A stretch of DNA of 33,450 nt from a virus: the IMG/VR virus record IMGVR_UViG_3300046747_000461, one strand, 5' to 3'. Of this stretch, positions 9,789-18,266 are shown piece by piece. A program made the translations under genes and the position numbers. Position 1 is the first letter of the stretch. Each line of letters opens with the position of its first letter. The notes beneath the pieces are model-generated. The model did not search any database. It was not told the DNA's origin and saw only the letters and a program-made list of their open reading frames with translations.

Positions 9789-10034
9789 TTAGAAGTGCCA
9801 ACCAAACTTTTTTAATATAAAAGGCAAGAATATTGCCGCTACTAAAATCAATCCTAATTCTGTTCCTAAGAAAATCTTTAACTCTTTTTCTAGTACGTAT
9901 AAATCGGATTGTGTTACTACACCATCAAAAGATGCATTCAACGATTTTACTGCCGTAGATGCTTGAGATTCAGTATACCCATTCTCTAAATATTCTTTAT
10001 AAACCTTTAATGTATCTATGTGTGCTTGTGCCAT
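9789..10034 (-). CDS. Tail-anchored small membrane protein, DUF1640-like family paralog A
   Basis: 81 aa. N-terminus IDTLKVYKEYLENGYTESQA. C-terminal TM helix LGLILVAAIFLPFIL. RBS GGAGGAG. Confidence 0.75.
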   Translation of the reverse strand: MAQAHIDTLKVYKEYLENGYTESQASTAVKSLNASFDGVVTQSDLYVLEKELKIFLGTELGLILVAAIFLPFILKKFGWHF

Positions 10035-10046
10035 ATCTATCTCCTC

Positions 10047-10346
10047 CTACCTCTTGATAAAATTATGAAAGTCATTATCCAATTTATCAACGCGTGCCTC
10101 TAATGATGACATTTTTATTTTCACTTCTGTTACATCAATAGATAAATCCCACACTTTATATAAGGTAAAACTTCCAATCGATACAATTATAAAACCAAAT
10201 ATAGTTATTAATCTATTACTAGCAAAATCTTTCAATATCCTATTGAAGGAATTATCAAAAGATTTAACCTGAGCATGTGCTTGCTCATGACTAAATCCGC
10301 CCTCTATTAGGTTCTCATATACCTGTAGAGTGTCTAACTGCGCCAT
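10047..10346 (-). CDS. Small membrane protein, DUF1640-like family paralog B
   Basis: 99 aa. LDTLQVYENLIEGGFSHEQA. Central TM helix LITIFGFIIVSIGSFTLY followed by a coiled-coil tail. RBS AGGAG. Confidence 0.75.
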   Translation of the reverse strand: MAQLDTLQVYENLIEGGFSHEQAHAQVKSFDNSFNRILKDFASNRLITIFGFIIVSIGSFTLYKVWDLSIDVTEVKIKMSSLEARVDKLDNDFHNFIKR

Positions 10347-10358
10347 ACCTATTTACTC

Positions 10359-10583
10359 CTATTTTTTATCTATTGTATGAAATTTCTCGTGTAGTTCATT
10401 AAACTTTTCGTTTACCCATTCTCTTAATTCAAGTATGGATATTTTTAAATCAGCTTTAGTTGCTGAGTCATATATTTCAGAATTTGATGCTCTGTAAAAC
10501 AGCTTTATTTCTTCAATGGCTTGTTCTTCGCTGCGCCCTTTGCCTCGCAAAGCCATATATTTGTCTATTTCTGTCGTACTCAT
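10359..10583 (-). CDS. Soluble divergent member of the same family (paralog C)
   Basis: 74 aa from ATG 10583, preceded by AGGAGG. The ORF-track start at 10598 lies inside that RBS. IDKYMALRGKGRSEEQA aligns with the family motif. No TM helix. Confidence 0.65.
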   Translation of the reverse strand: MSTTEIDKYMALRGKGRSEEQAIEEIKLFYRASNSEIYDSATKADLKISILELREWVNEKFNELHEKFHTIDKK

Positions 10584-10607
10584 AAATCCTCCTATCATAT
10601 TAATGTC

Positions 10608-10637
10608 ACAATATCACACAAACAAGACCTATGTCAA
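10608..10637 (-). promoter_or_regulatory. Sigma70-like promoter for antisense island 1
   Basis: On the minus strand: TTGACA (10637..10632), a 16-nt spacer, then TGtGATATT (extended -10, 10615..10610). Alternative -10 TATTGT with an 18-nt spacer. Confidence 0.5.
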
Positions 10638-10711
10638 CCCCTTTAATTCGTCAAAATATGCATTTGCACCTATACTGTTCTTGATATTTAGCCTGTTGAA
10701 AAGGATTTCAC

Positions 10712-12835
10712 ATGCCATTAGATCCGCGTTATATCACTACCAATACCCTAGAGCCAGTCTTTCTAGATAAGAAAACCGCGGCCCCGTTAGCGGGGGGTAT
10801 AGTTACCTTTTTTAAAGATAACAACAGAGTATTCCCTAAATTAGTTTATGAACTAACCGGCGCTCCTCCTTACTCGGGTCCGGCTCCTAATTTTACTCCA
10901 TTGCCAAATCCAATTATTTTGAGCTCTAAGGGGACCATTCAAGATGCAGCGGGCAATAACGTGGCCCTTTATTATTTCCCTTATGACGCAAATGGAGACC
11001 AGGAACTTTATTACGTTACTGTGACTGATCAGTTTGGCGTAGAGCAATTTACGCGTGAGGCATGGCCATTTATAGCTAATCCAGCATCCTCGGTCTCTGG
11101 TCAAGCCTCCATAAACAATGAACTTACAAACCCTCAGTTTTCGCAAGTTTTGTTTGATGATACCACTGGATTGGTTCTGGCTATCCCCGGAGCTATTAAT
11201 GTAACATTCGAGATTGCGCCAGGGTGGTCAATTAATGTAGTAACCTCGGGAGCGGCAACAGTAAATATCGCTAGGAATCCTATTGCCGGAGTAACTGCAT
11301 ATCCACATAATCCGCCCTATACATTGACGGTCACTCCTGGGGCCAATATTGTTAGTTTATCGTTATTCCAACGGCTATTAGGAAACCCAGATATATGGAG
11401 CCCGGCGGTAGGCGCCACTAATGGATGGATAGCGGGAACTATTTTATTGGCGCCCAATAGCAACCTAACAATGTCTTACAGAACTTCTGCTGGGGTTCCA
11501 ATTTCTCAAGATATTTTGGTAGCCAATAATCTAACAGCTAGTTATGCAGAGTTTTCTAATACTATACAATTGGCGCCTGCGGCTAATCCAAACCTTCCTC
11601 CCAGCGGATACGTGGATATAGTATTAACACTTCCGACAAATATTCCAACCACATTTAGCAATATTCAGGTTGTTGGTCTTGAAAGAAATATTTCAAATAT
11701 CGTTTACGATGAAACAACTATTAATCGCCAAATGGATCAGATGTTCAATTATTATTTTCCATTTCTTAAACAAAAACCAATACCTTCGTATCTCATTGGT
11801 TGGGATTTCAATTTAAATCCAGCTCAGGCCTTAGGTGAAACTGTGGCCGCCAGTGCCGCAGGCGCTAACACCTCGCGTTATGTTTGGGATCAAACAATTG
11901 TTTTCCAAAGCGCAAATCTTGGCCCAGCAATTTCTCGTGCACCTAGTGGCTCCATAAGAATAACTGCTACTAATACTACGCAATTTGCATTAATTCAATA
12001 TCTTGGACAAAATGATGCTAGAAAAATATTAGCAGAACGATTTGCTATGAATATAGCCGCTAAAACAAGTGTATTAGCCGGAGTTTTATCAACAGTCGAA
12101 GTATATTATACGACCGGTGCAGTTCTTCCCAGTTGTGGTGCAAATAACAGTATAGTAGCTACCCTGGATGCTACCGGTAAGCCTGCCACATTTAATTTAG
12201 CAAGCGGTCAGCCATGGAGCATAGTACCCAGAAGCGGTTTTGGGGACGCAAGGTTTACTGTCCTTCCTGCCGCAGCTCAACACCATAATGATTATAATCT
12301 TAATGCTTGGAATGCCACTCAACTCCCTGACATATCTAACGCAACATATTTAGCTGTGATTGTTGGATTTGCTCAATTACCTGCCGGAGAAACAATCGAT
12401 ATTGATTCTATTTCTCTCATGCAAGGTGATATAGCAACAAGACCGGCTCCCACAAATGGGGGAGAAACATTAAGAAGATGTCAAAGATTTTACGAAAAAT
12501 CATTTAACCAAGGAATTGTTCCGGCATCCAACGCTGGATTGAACAGCGGTGCTTATAATTTCCCCTCTACTATTGCGGGCGTTGTATTTACCATTAGTGG
12601 ATTTATACCTTTCAAGGTAACAAAGTTTGATGCAACTCCATCAATTGTAACATTTACACCCGTGGGAGCAGGGTTTCAAATGTATAACGTCACCATTGCG
12701 CTTGCAATGACAAATACACTATTCGACAGAGTAGGGGACAACGGATTTACTGTTCACTACAACGGGAGCGCAGGTACTAATTTCGGAAACATCATGGCTA
12801 TTAATTGGACAGCGGATGATCGCTTAGGAAGATAA
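10712..12835 (+). CDS. Tail fibre / receptor-binding protein 1
   Basis: 707 aa, Asn/Thr/Ala/Gly-rich and beta-rich. The C-terminal ~140 aa (ETLRRCQRFYEKSFNQG...PSIVTFTP...YNVT) is homologous by eye to the C-terminus of the 13689..15065 product. Internal repeated units are visible. Confidence 0.7.
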   Translation: MPLDPRYITTNTLEPVFLDKKTAAPLAGGIVTFFKDNNRVFPKLVYELTGAPPYSGPAPNFTPLPNPIILSSKGTIQDAAGNNVALYYFPYDANGDQELYYVTVTDQFGVEQFTREAWPFIANPASSVSGQASINNELTNPQFSQVLFDDTTGLVLAIPGAINVTFEIAPGWSINVVTSGAATVNIARNPIAGVTAYPHNPPYTLTVTPGANIVSLSLFQRLLGNPDIWSPAVGATNGWIAGTILLAPNSNLTMSYRTSAGVPISQDILVANNLTASYAEFSNTIQLAPAANPNLPPSGYVDIVLTLPTNIPTTFSNIQVVGLERNISNIVYDETTINRQMDQMFNYYFPFLKQKPIPSYLIGWDFNLNPAQALGETVAASAAGANTSRYVWDQTIVFQSANLGPAISRAPSGSIRITATNTTQFALIQYLGQNDARKILAERFAMNIAAKTSVLAGVLSTVEVYYTTGAVLPSCGANNSIVATLDATGKPATFNLASGQPWSIVPRSGFGDARFTVLPAAAQHHNDYNLNAWNATQLPDISNATYLAVIVGFAQLPAGETIDIDSISLMQGDIATRPAPTNGGETLRRCQRFYEKSFNQGIVPASNAGLNSGAYNFPSTIAGVVFTISGFIPFKVTKFDATPSIVTFTPVGAGFQMYNVTIALAMTNTLFDRVGDNGFTVHYNGSAGTNFGNIMAINWTADDRLGR

Positions 12836-12845
12836 AGGAGTTTCT

Positions 12846-13232
12846 ATGACCACTAATTTTAATGTAGACGTCACCAAAAGAGGAGTTAATGGTTTTGGTC
12901 TACAGTTTTGCGATACGGTTTTTTCTGCAACACTCGGAGTGGGAGCTGATACTGCGCTTGCGGTTCCACTAACAGCGGCGATGGGTGCACCTACTGCAAC
13001 TTCATTTAATAAATTTATGGCTATAATGTCTGTTGATGGCACCGGTAACGTTTATGTTGCTTTAAATGCTGTCGCCACTGTTCCTGCCGGTGCTGCTTTT
13101 GCTGCAACCACCGCCGAACTTATACCTAGAAATAGCTACTTTGCAAAAATGGTAAAAGCAGGAGACGTTATTCATTTCGTTTCTCCCGCGGCATCTTCTG
13201 TCACTGTTGCATTCTACGCAATACAGGAATAA
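12846..13232 (+). CDS. Small fibre-locus protein (hypothetical; accessory or chaperone-like)
   Basis: 128 aa, RBS AAGGAG, Ala/Thr/Val-rich and beta-rich. Lies between two fibre genes. Confidence 0.55.
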   Translation: MTTNFNVDVTKRGVNGFGLQFCDTVFSATLGVGADTALAVPLTAAMGAPTATSFNKFMAIMSVDGTGNVYVALNAVATVPAGAAFAATTAELIPRNSYFAKMVKAGDVIHFVSPAASSVTVAFYAIQE

Positions 13233-13235
13233 ACC

Positions 13236-13676
13236 ATGCCAACAAAATTTAGTCAATTTACCTTTGGTGGCCCTGCTGGGGCTGGCGACATCCTTGTTGG
13301 TTTAAGACATGGAACCAACACGCAATTTAATGCTGCTTCTTTACCTGCATTTCCTTACCAAACTCTTTTAGTTGGGCAGCCTTTAATTCCAAATACAGGG
13401 TATTTTCTAGCGAATGGTGTTCCTGCTACTTATACACTTCCTGCTGTATGTCCTGCTGGGTCAACAATTATACTTATTAACATAGGCCCATCAACAGTCA
13501 CAATAGCGCAAAATGCAGGACAACAAATTATATTTGGAAACTTAATAACAACCTTAGGTGTTGCAGGCTCCATTCAATCTGTTACATCTGGAGATGCAGT
13601 AACGCTGGTTTGCTATAACACCAATTTTGGTTTTGTAGTTTCTGGCGGCGCGCAGGGTATATGGAATATTGTTTAA
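13236..13676 (+). CDS. Short tail-fibre-like protein
   Basis: 146 aa. The N-terminus MPTKFSQFTFGGPAGAGDILVGLRHGTNTQF resembles the common tail-fibre N-terminal anchor pattern (recognised from memory). Confidence 0.5.
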   Translation: MPTKFSQFTFGGPAGAGDILVGLRHGTNTQFNAASLPAFPYQTLLVGQPLIPNTGYFLANGVPATYTLPAVCPAGSTIILINIGPSTVTIAQNAGQQIIFGNLITTLGVAGSIQSVTSGDAVTLVCYNTNFGFVVSGGAQGIWNIV

Positions 13677-13688
13677 TGGGAGTTTATT

Positions 13689-15065
13689 ATGGCCGTTGTT
13701 AATGCACTTAATCTACATTTCTTCCCAAATCAACTTATCTATTCGACTGGTGCTAATTCATTAGGCGGTATCAATACCATCAATAATGGCGTACTTATTA
13801 CTAGCCCTGCCGGTGTTCCAAGTATTAGCACTGTAATTCCATTGGCAACGCAGGCGAATATTACACAAGTTGGGGTATTAACCGCAGGAACCTGGAATGC
13901 TAATATTGTTCCTCCTGCCTTTGGTGGAACGGGTGCCAATAACGGCGTAAACGTACTAAGTTTAGCTGGTAACTTATCTACTGCGGGCATATTTCCTGCC
14001 AATTTTAATTTTACCGCTGCCACGGATGTTATTTTTCCGATTGCTGGAACGCTTGCCACTATCCCAGGATTTGCACCAGGCGGTAATCTTATTGTTAATG
14101 GTGACTTTCAGGTATGGCAAAGAGGGGCGGGTGGTGCCGCTGTTATTGCCGTTGGCGCAGCCTTGAATGCCTATACTGCTGATCGATGGCAGCTAGCTAC
14201 AAATGCTAATCAAGCAAGTACCGCTACTCAAGCTCCGGGCCCAACTTCGGGATCCTTTTTAGCTAAAATTCAAAGAAACGCCGGTCAAACCGGGGTGGTT
14301 GGAAACATTGTTTTTGCATCATCACTTACTCGGGATATGTGTGTAGGTGCCGCCGGAAACCCTCTTACTATTAGCTTTAAGGCCTCAGCAGGCGCTGATT
14401 TTTCCGGTTTAGCTTCGCAGATTCTGGTTAGGGTAATAACAGGGACTCAAGCCAATGATATTTCTGTTTTGAGCGGCTTCACTGCACAAACAAACGTGAT
14501 AAACCAGCTCGTGACAATAACGCCAGCATTAGCCTCTTATTCACTTTCTTGCCCTGCGATTCCGGCTAATATTACTGCATTAGCTGTCACATTTGGCTGG
14601 TTGCCAGTTGGAGTAGCGGCTGCGGATGATAGCTTTTCAATAACTGATGTTCAACTTGAGATAAGTACATTTGCAACACCTTTTCAAAGATTTTCATTTT
14701 TTGATACATGGACAAAGTGCCAACGTTTTTATCAAAAGACATTTAATTATGGAACCGCACCAGTTCAAAATGTTGGGATAAATACTGGAGAAATACAAGG
14801 TCCAATACATTCGCCAGGTGCTACAAATAATTATATGGGCTTTAATATGTTTCCTCAAATGCGTATAAACCCAGCCATTGTCACTTTTAGTCCGGGTGCG
14901 GCATCCGCTGAAGTTTTCAATGTAACCGGTGCTGTCGCACACACATTAACTAGCGTTTCAAATGTTACGCCGCATTCGATTAGAATAAATAGTCAAGGGA
15001 ATGCTGCAGGTACTGTGGTTCAAGTTCAAGGACTTCATTTGACATTATCAGCGGACGTTACTTAA
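13689..15065 (+). CDS. Tail fibre / receptor-binding protein 2
   Basis: 458 aa. Contains GTWNANIVPPAFGGTGANNG (a common fibre motif), NGDFQVWQRG...YTADRWQL, and a C-terminal CQRFYQKTFNYG...PAIVTFSP...FNVT domain paralogous to RBP1. Confidence 0.7.
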   Translation: MAVVNALNLHFFPNQLIYSTGANSLGGINTINNGVLITSPAGVPSISTVIPLATQANITQVGVLTAGTWNANIVPPAFGGTGANNGVNVLSLAGNLSTAGIFPANFNFTAATDVIFPIAGTLATIPGFAPGGNLIVNGDFQVWQRGAGGAAVIAVGAALNAYTADRWQLATNANQASTATQAPGPTSGSFLAKIQRNAGQTGVVGNIVFASSLTRDMCVGAAGNPLTISFKASAGADFSGLASQILVRVITGTQANDISVLSGFTAQTNVINQLVTITPALASYSLSCPAIPANITALAVTFGWLPVGVAAADDSFSITDVQLEISTFATPFQRFSFFDTWTKCQRFYQKTFNYGTAPVQNVGINTGEIQGPIHSPGATNNYMGFNMFPQMRINPAIVTFSPGAASAEVFNVTGAVAHTLTSVSNVTPHSIRINSQGNAAGTVVQVQGLHLTLSADVT

Positions 15066-15778
15066 TGCAGTATCCCGATGATAAAGATTTATTTAACTTA
15101 GACATCGGCAATTTAGATATTGGCCAAGGACAGCAAGAGGAGCCGGATCAAGAAGAGGATGGGAACTATGACTCCTCTCAACTGTTGGACGCCATGATAC
15201 AGTCTTTCATGCAACAAAGAAACCCAGAACAGCAACAAAACAATTATTTTTCACAACTTCTTAGACAGCAATCCCCAGAGCAAGAAGGTGAATATACACC
15301 TCAATTAGGACAGGGATTGGGAGGTGGTGGCGGCGGTTTAATGAACGTATTACGTCAAAGAGAATCCGGGGGTAATTATGGCATTCAAAATACCTTAGGT
15401 TATGCCGGAGCTTATCAGTTTGGCGCTAAAGCATTAGAAGATACAGGACTCCTCAGACCAGGCGCAGGACGTCTCGGAAACAAAGGTTTGAATAATGAAA
15501 ATAACTGGACAATTCCTGGTGGCAAGCGAGCGTTTCTCGCTAGCCCAGAACTTCAAGACATGGCCATGCAACGCTTAATGGAGCGCAATAAAGACACAAT
15601 GACACGCATGGGACTTATTAACGAAGCCACACCGCCAGGTGTTATAAATGGATTGTTAGCGGCCGCACATATTGCAGGTCCCGGTGGCGCTAAAAAACTG
15701 ATGCAAGGGAGAAATCCCAGAGATGCCTATGGCACTGGAGCCGCTGAATATTTTCGTTTAGGAATGCAATCCGAGTAG
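15065..15778 (+). CDS. Virion-associated peptidoglycan hydrolase (lytic transglycosylase-like) candidate
   Basis: 237 aa. A Gln-rich and poly-Gly N-terminal part is followed by RESGGNYGIQNTLGYAGAYQFG, a motif I associate with lysozyme/transglycosylase domains of phage tail and ejection proteins. Confidence 0.55.
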   Translation: MQYPDDKDLFNLDIGNLDIGQGQQEEPDQEEDGNYDSSQLLDAMIQSFMQQRNPEQQQNNYFSQLLRQQSPEQEGEYTPQLGQGLGGGGGGLMNVLRQRESGGNYGIQNTLGYAGAYQFGAKALEDTGLLRPGAGRLGNKGLNNENNWTIPGGKRAFLASPELQDMAMQRLMERNKDTMTRMGLINEATPPGVINGLLAAAHIAGPGGAKKLMQGRNPRDAYGTGAAEYFRLGMQSE

Positions 15779-15788
15779 GAGAATTGAA

Positions 15789-15941
15789 ATGCCATTAAAA
15801 TCGAAAGCACAACAACGTTATTTATTCGCAAAACATCCTGAGATAGCTAAAGAGTTTGCAGATAAAACGAAAAATATTAAAAGTCTACCAGAGCACGTAA
15901 AGAAAAAAGGTAAAGCTAAAGCAAAGAAAAAAAGTAAGTGA
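15789..15941 (+). CDS. 50-aa Lys-rich protein (KSKAQQRYLFA motif)
   Basis: Below the ORF-track cutoff. MPLKSKAQQRYLFAKHPEIAKEF...KKKGKAKAKKKSK. The KSKAQ-R motif recurs in small phage proteins (from memory). Confidence 0.45.
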   Translation: MPLKSKAQQRYLFAKHPEIAKEFADKTKNIKSLPEHVKKKGKAKAKKKSK

Positions 15942-15943
15942 AA

Positions 15944-16243
15944 TTATTTTTTATTTGCTCTTAGAATATCTATCAAATCCTCTTTAATCTCTTTCATTAC
16001 ATTTGAACAAATTGCTATATCTTTAGAAATACAATGAAGCTGATAAAAAATGAAAAGATATTCTGCAATTATTAAAACGAATATAATACATATTTTTTTG
16101 TTCACAGACATTTCTTTTTTGAATGCTTTTGTTTTAGTTATAAAAGAATTAGCTATCTTATAAGTTTTATTTGCTGCATCTTCTTTTCTATACCCTTGTT
16201 TAACAAATTCTGTATATGTTTTTAATGTATCAATATGCATCAT
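15944..16243 (-). CDS. Small membrane protein, DUF1640-like family paralog D
   Basis: 99 aa. IDTLKTYTEFVKQGYRKEDA. Central TM helix ICIIFVLIIAEYLFIFY followed by a helical tail. Very AT-rich. Confidence 0.7.
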   Translation of the reverse strand: MMHIDTLKTYTEFVKQGYRKEDAANKTYKIANSFITKTKAFKKEMSVNKKICIIFVLIIAEYLFIFYQLHCISKDIAICSNVMKEIKEDLIDILRANKK

Positions 16244-16264
16244 GTGACCCTAAAACTACTGTTT

Positions 16265-16597
16265 TTATTTTGCAAAAAACAATGTTATTAATCGAATGTA
16301 GTGGTCTACTACAGGTATTAGCAGTATTGCGCCAACACCAAAGACTGCCCATCGTAACCCTTTAAATTCTTGTTTAAGAATTGTAAATTCTTGTCTTATT
16401 ACGTTCATTTCTTGATGGAAATATTCTTTTGTAACTAAGGTATCAATCGTGGCTTTGAAGCTGTCTTTTGTTACTAGATTATCTATGGTTAAATTATGAG
16501 ATCTGGCAGCACTTTCGGCTAGAAAAATCGCTTGGTCTTCAGTATATCCGCTGGATAAGGCATGTTTGTATTCATATAGTGTATCAACATAACTCAT
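16265..16597 (-). CDS. Tail-anchored membrane protein, DUF1640-like family paralog E
   Basis: 110 aa. VDTLYEYKHALSSGYTEDQA, a coiled-coil middle, and a C-terminal TM helix WAVFGVGAILLIPVV. RBS AGGAGA. This is the closest match to my recollection of the DUF1640 architecture. Confidence 0.75.
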   Translation of the reverse strand: MSYVDTLYEYKHALSSGYTEDQAIFLAESAARSHNLTIDNLVTKDSFKATIDTLVTKEYFHQEMNVIRQEFTILKQEFKGLRWAVFGVGAILLIPVVDHYIRLITLFFAK

Positions 16598-16725
16598 AGT
16601 TATCTCCTATAAATTAGTAGCTTACCTTAGTTTATCTCATTAACGCAACTGAGTATCTTGCAAAAACCACCATTATTGCCATACTAATTAAAAGGATTTT
16701 TAGCCCCACTTTCAGGAGATTCTAT

Positions 16726-17730
16726 ATGCCAATTCTTCAGGCAACCGACTCAGTTACCGGCCTAGTAGGCGTTTTCCCAAATCTTGTATTTATTAATACC
16801 AATGATACTCCAGCTACCGTCTTAAACGTCGGATATCTTAATACCGCCGTCCAAGAGAATCTATTACAAGTCAATAATGGCGATATGGCCTTAATTGCTA
16901 CTGTTACTGCCGGTGTTATTTCTGTCAATTGGCTACAAGTAAAAGTTACGGGTACGCCTGGTAATTTTAACTATAGTTTAGGTGCTCCAACTCTTCTTGC
17001 TGCTTTGGCTTTAGGTAATTTCCAAGCAGGTGAAGATGGAGTCGCAGGTGGTTATATTTCATATCCATTAGCTCCTGCATCAGGATTTCTTGAACTGTTT
17101 GCCACTGCCAATACTGGCGCATTTAATGCCCTTATTACAAATGCGGCATTAGGACAAACAACTACTTTTACTATTCCTGATCCGGTCGCTGCCACTGCTA
17201 ACTTTTTACTAGATGCTGGTCCTGGAAACTTAGTGACTGATTACCAACAAATGTTACCCATTACTGAATTCCAATTAGCTGCGGGCGGTGGCGTTTGGGT
17301 CCTTACGAGAGTTGCTCAAGGAAATTGGGATTGGTTACATACGGCAGCCGCTGATACTTCAGTCATAGGTTTTGATATCACAGAACAATTACGTATTGCT
17401 GCTGGCAGGGGATTTGAATTAACAAGCTTTGACGTTGTTTATTCTATTACTACTCTCGCTTTAGTTGCGCACACTGTTACTTTGGCTGATGTTGTATATG
17501 CTAATAACGTTGCAGTTGCCGCAGTAAACAGAGCTATTACTGGCGTATTAGCGACAGCAACTCAAGCCAACCCATACCTTACCAATGTTACTGTAGATGT
17601 GCCTGCATTCAGCAATCCTGCCGCTGGAACTTCAGTTAAGCAAGTGTTAGAGTTGACAGTAAACGCTGGCTTAACGAGCGTTTATGAATTTAGAGGAATT
17701 AATCTTCGGTTTACCAAGTCAATCAAATAA
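16726..17730 (+). CDS. Tail-fibre-locus structural protein (possible third receptor-binding protein)
   Basis: 334 aa, RBS AGGAGA, Ala/Thr/Val/Asn/Gly-rich and beta-rich. Follows antisense island 2. Confidence 0.45.
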   Translation: MPILQATDSVTGLVGVFPNLVFINTNDTPATVLNVGYLNTAVQENLLQVNNGDMALIATVTAGVISVNWLQVKVTGTPGNFNYSLGAPTLLAALALGNFQAGEDGVAGGYISYPLAPASGFLELFATANTGAFNALITNAALGQTTTFTIPDPVAATANFLLDAGPGNLVTDYQQMLPITEFQLAAGGGVWVLTRVAQGNWDWLHTAAADTSVIGFDITEQLRIAAGRGFELTSFDVVYSITTLALVAHTVTLADVVYANNVAVAAVNRAITGVLATATQANPYLTNVTVDVPAFSNPAAGTSVKQVLELTVNAGLTSVYEFRGINLRFTKSIK

Positions 17731-17738
17731 TCGGGGTA

Positions 17739-17912
17739 ATGACTATGTTAAAGGCAGAACTTAAGGCAAGGATTGAATTTCTTTCACAATCTTTAGCTCA
17801 ATCTCAGGCTAACCATAATGCGATTGTTGGTAGACTAGAAGAAGCGAAATTTCTTCTTGATACTTTAGAAAAAAAAGAAAAAGAAGTAGCGGAAGTAGTT
17901 GACCACACTTAA
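17739..17912 (+). CDS. 57-aa coiled-coil protein (hypothetical)
   Basis: Below the ORF-track cutoff. MTMLKAELKARIEFLSQSLAQSQANHNAIVGRLEEAKFLLDTLEKKEKEVAEVVDHT. Overlaps the RusA start. Confidence 0.4.
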   Translation: MTMLKAELKARIEFLSQSLAQSQANHNAIVGRLEEAKFLLDTLEKKEKEVAEVVDHT

Positions 17913-18258
17913 ATTCAAAGTACCTTGGCCTCCTTCATCTAACATATATTGGCGTCACTACAAGGGTAGAACGCTGATATCGAGGGAAGCTAAGGCCTAT
18001 CGAAATACAATCCTACAATTATCCCATTCCATCAAGCCTAAAACGCCGTTTATTGGGCGGGTTGGCATAACCATAGATGTTTACCCTCCAGACAAAAGAA
18101 AACGCGATATAGACAATCTATTGAAGATTTTGATTGATTCCTTGCAAGCGGCAGGGTACTACTATAATGATTGTCAGATAGACAAAATTGTCATCGAACG
18201 GAAACCATTGATAATCAAAGGGGGAGAGCTCTTTCTAGAGCTAACAGAACTTGGTTAG
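17899..18258 (+). CDS. rusA: RusA-family Holliday junction resolvase
   Basis: 119 aa, TTG start. PPSSNIYWRH..GR...S.EAKAYR, DIDNLLKILIDSLQAAGYYYNDCQI matches the RusA catalytic-Asp region as I recall it. Confidence 0.8.
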   Translation: MTTLKFKVPWPPSSNIYWRHYKGRTLISREAKAYRNTILQLSHSIKPKTPFIGRVGITIDVYPPDKRKRDIDNLLKILIDSLQAAGYYYNDCQIDKIVIERKPLIIKGGELFLELTELG

Positions 18259-18266
18259 GGGAGGCT

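Noticed and set aside
13739-14059. 106-aa minus-strand ORF inside tail-fibre gene 13689..15065. Similar shadow ORFs occur at 10853..11146, 12824..13042, 13062..13256 and 14694..14942.
   Set aside because: These are antisense shadows of long + strand fibre genes. None has a start context or independent support.
10712-15065. Diversity-generating retroelement or invertible (shufflon-type) fibre system
   Set aside because: No reverse transcriptase or site-specific invertase gene is present anywhere in the genome. I found no nucleotide-level template/variable repeat pair or inverted crossover sites flanking the fibre 3' ends.
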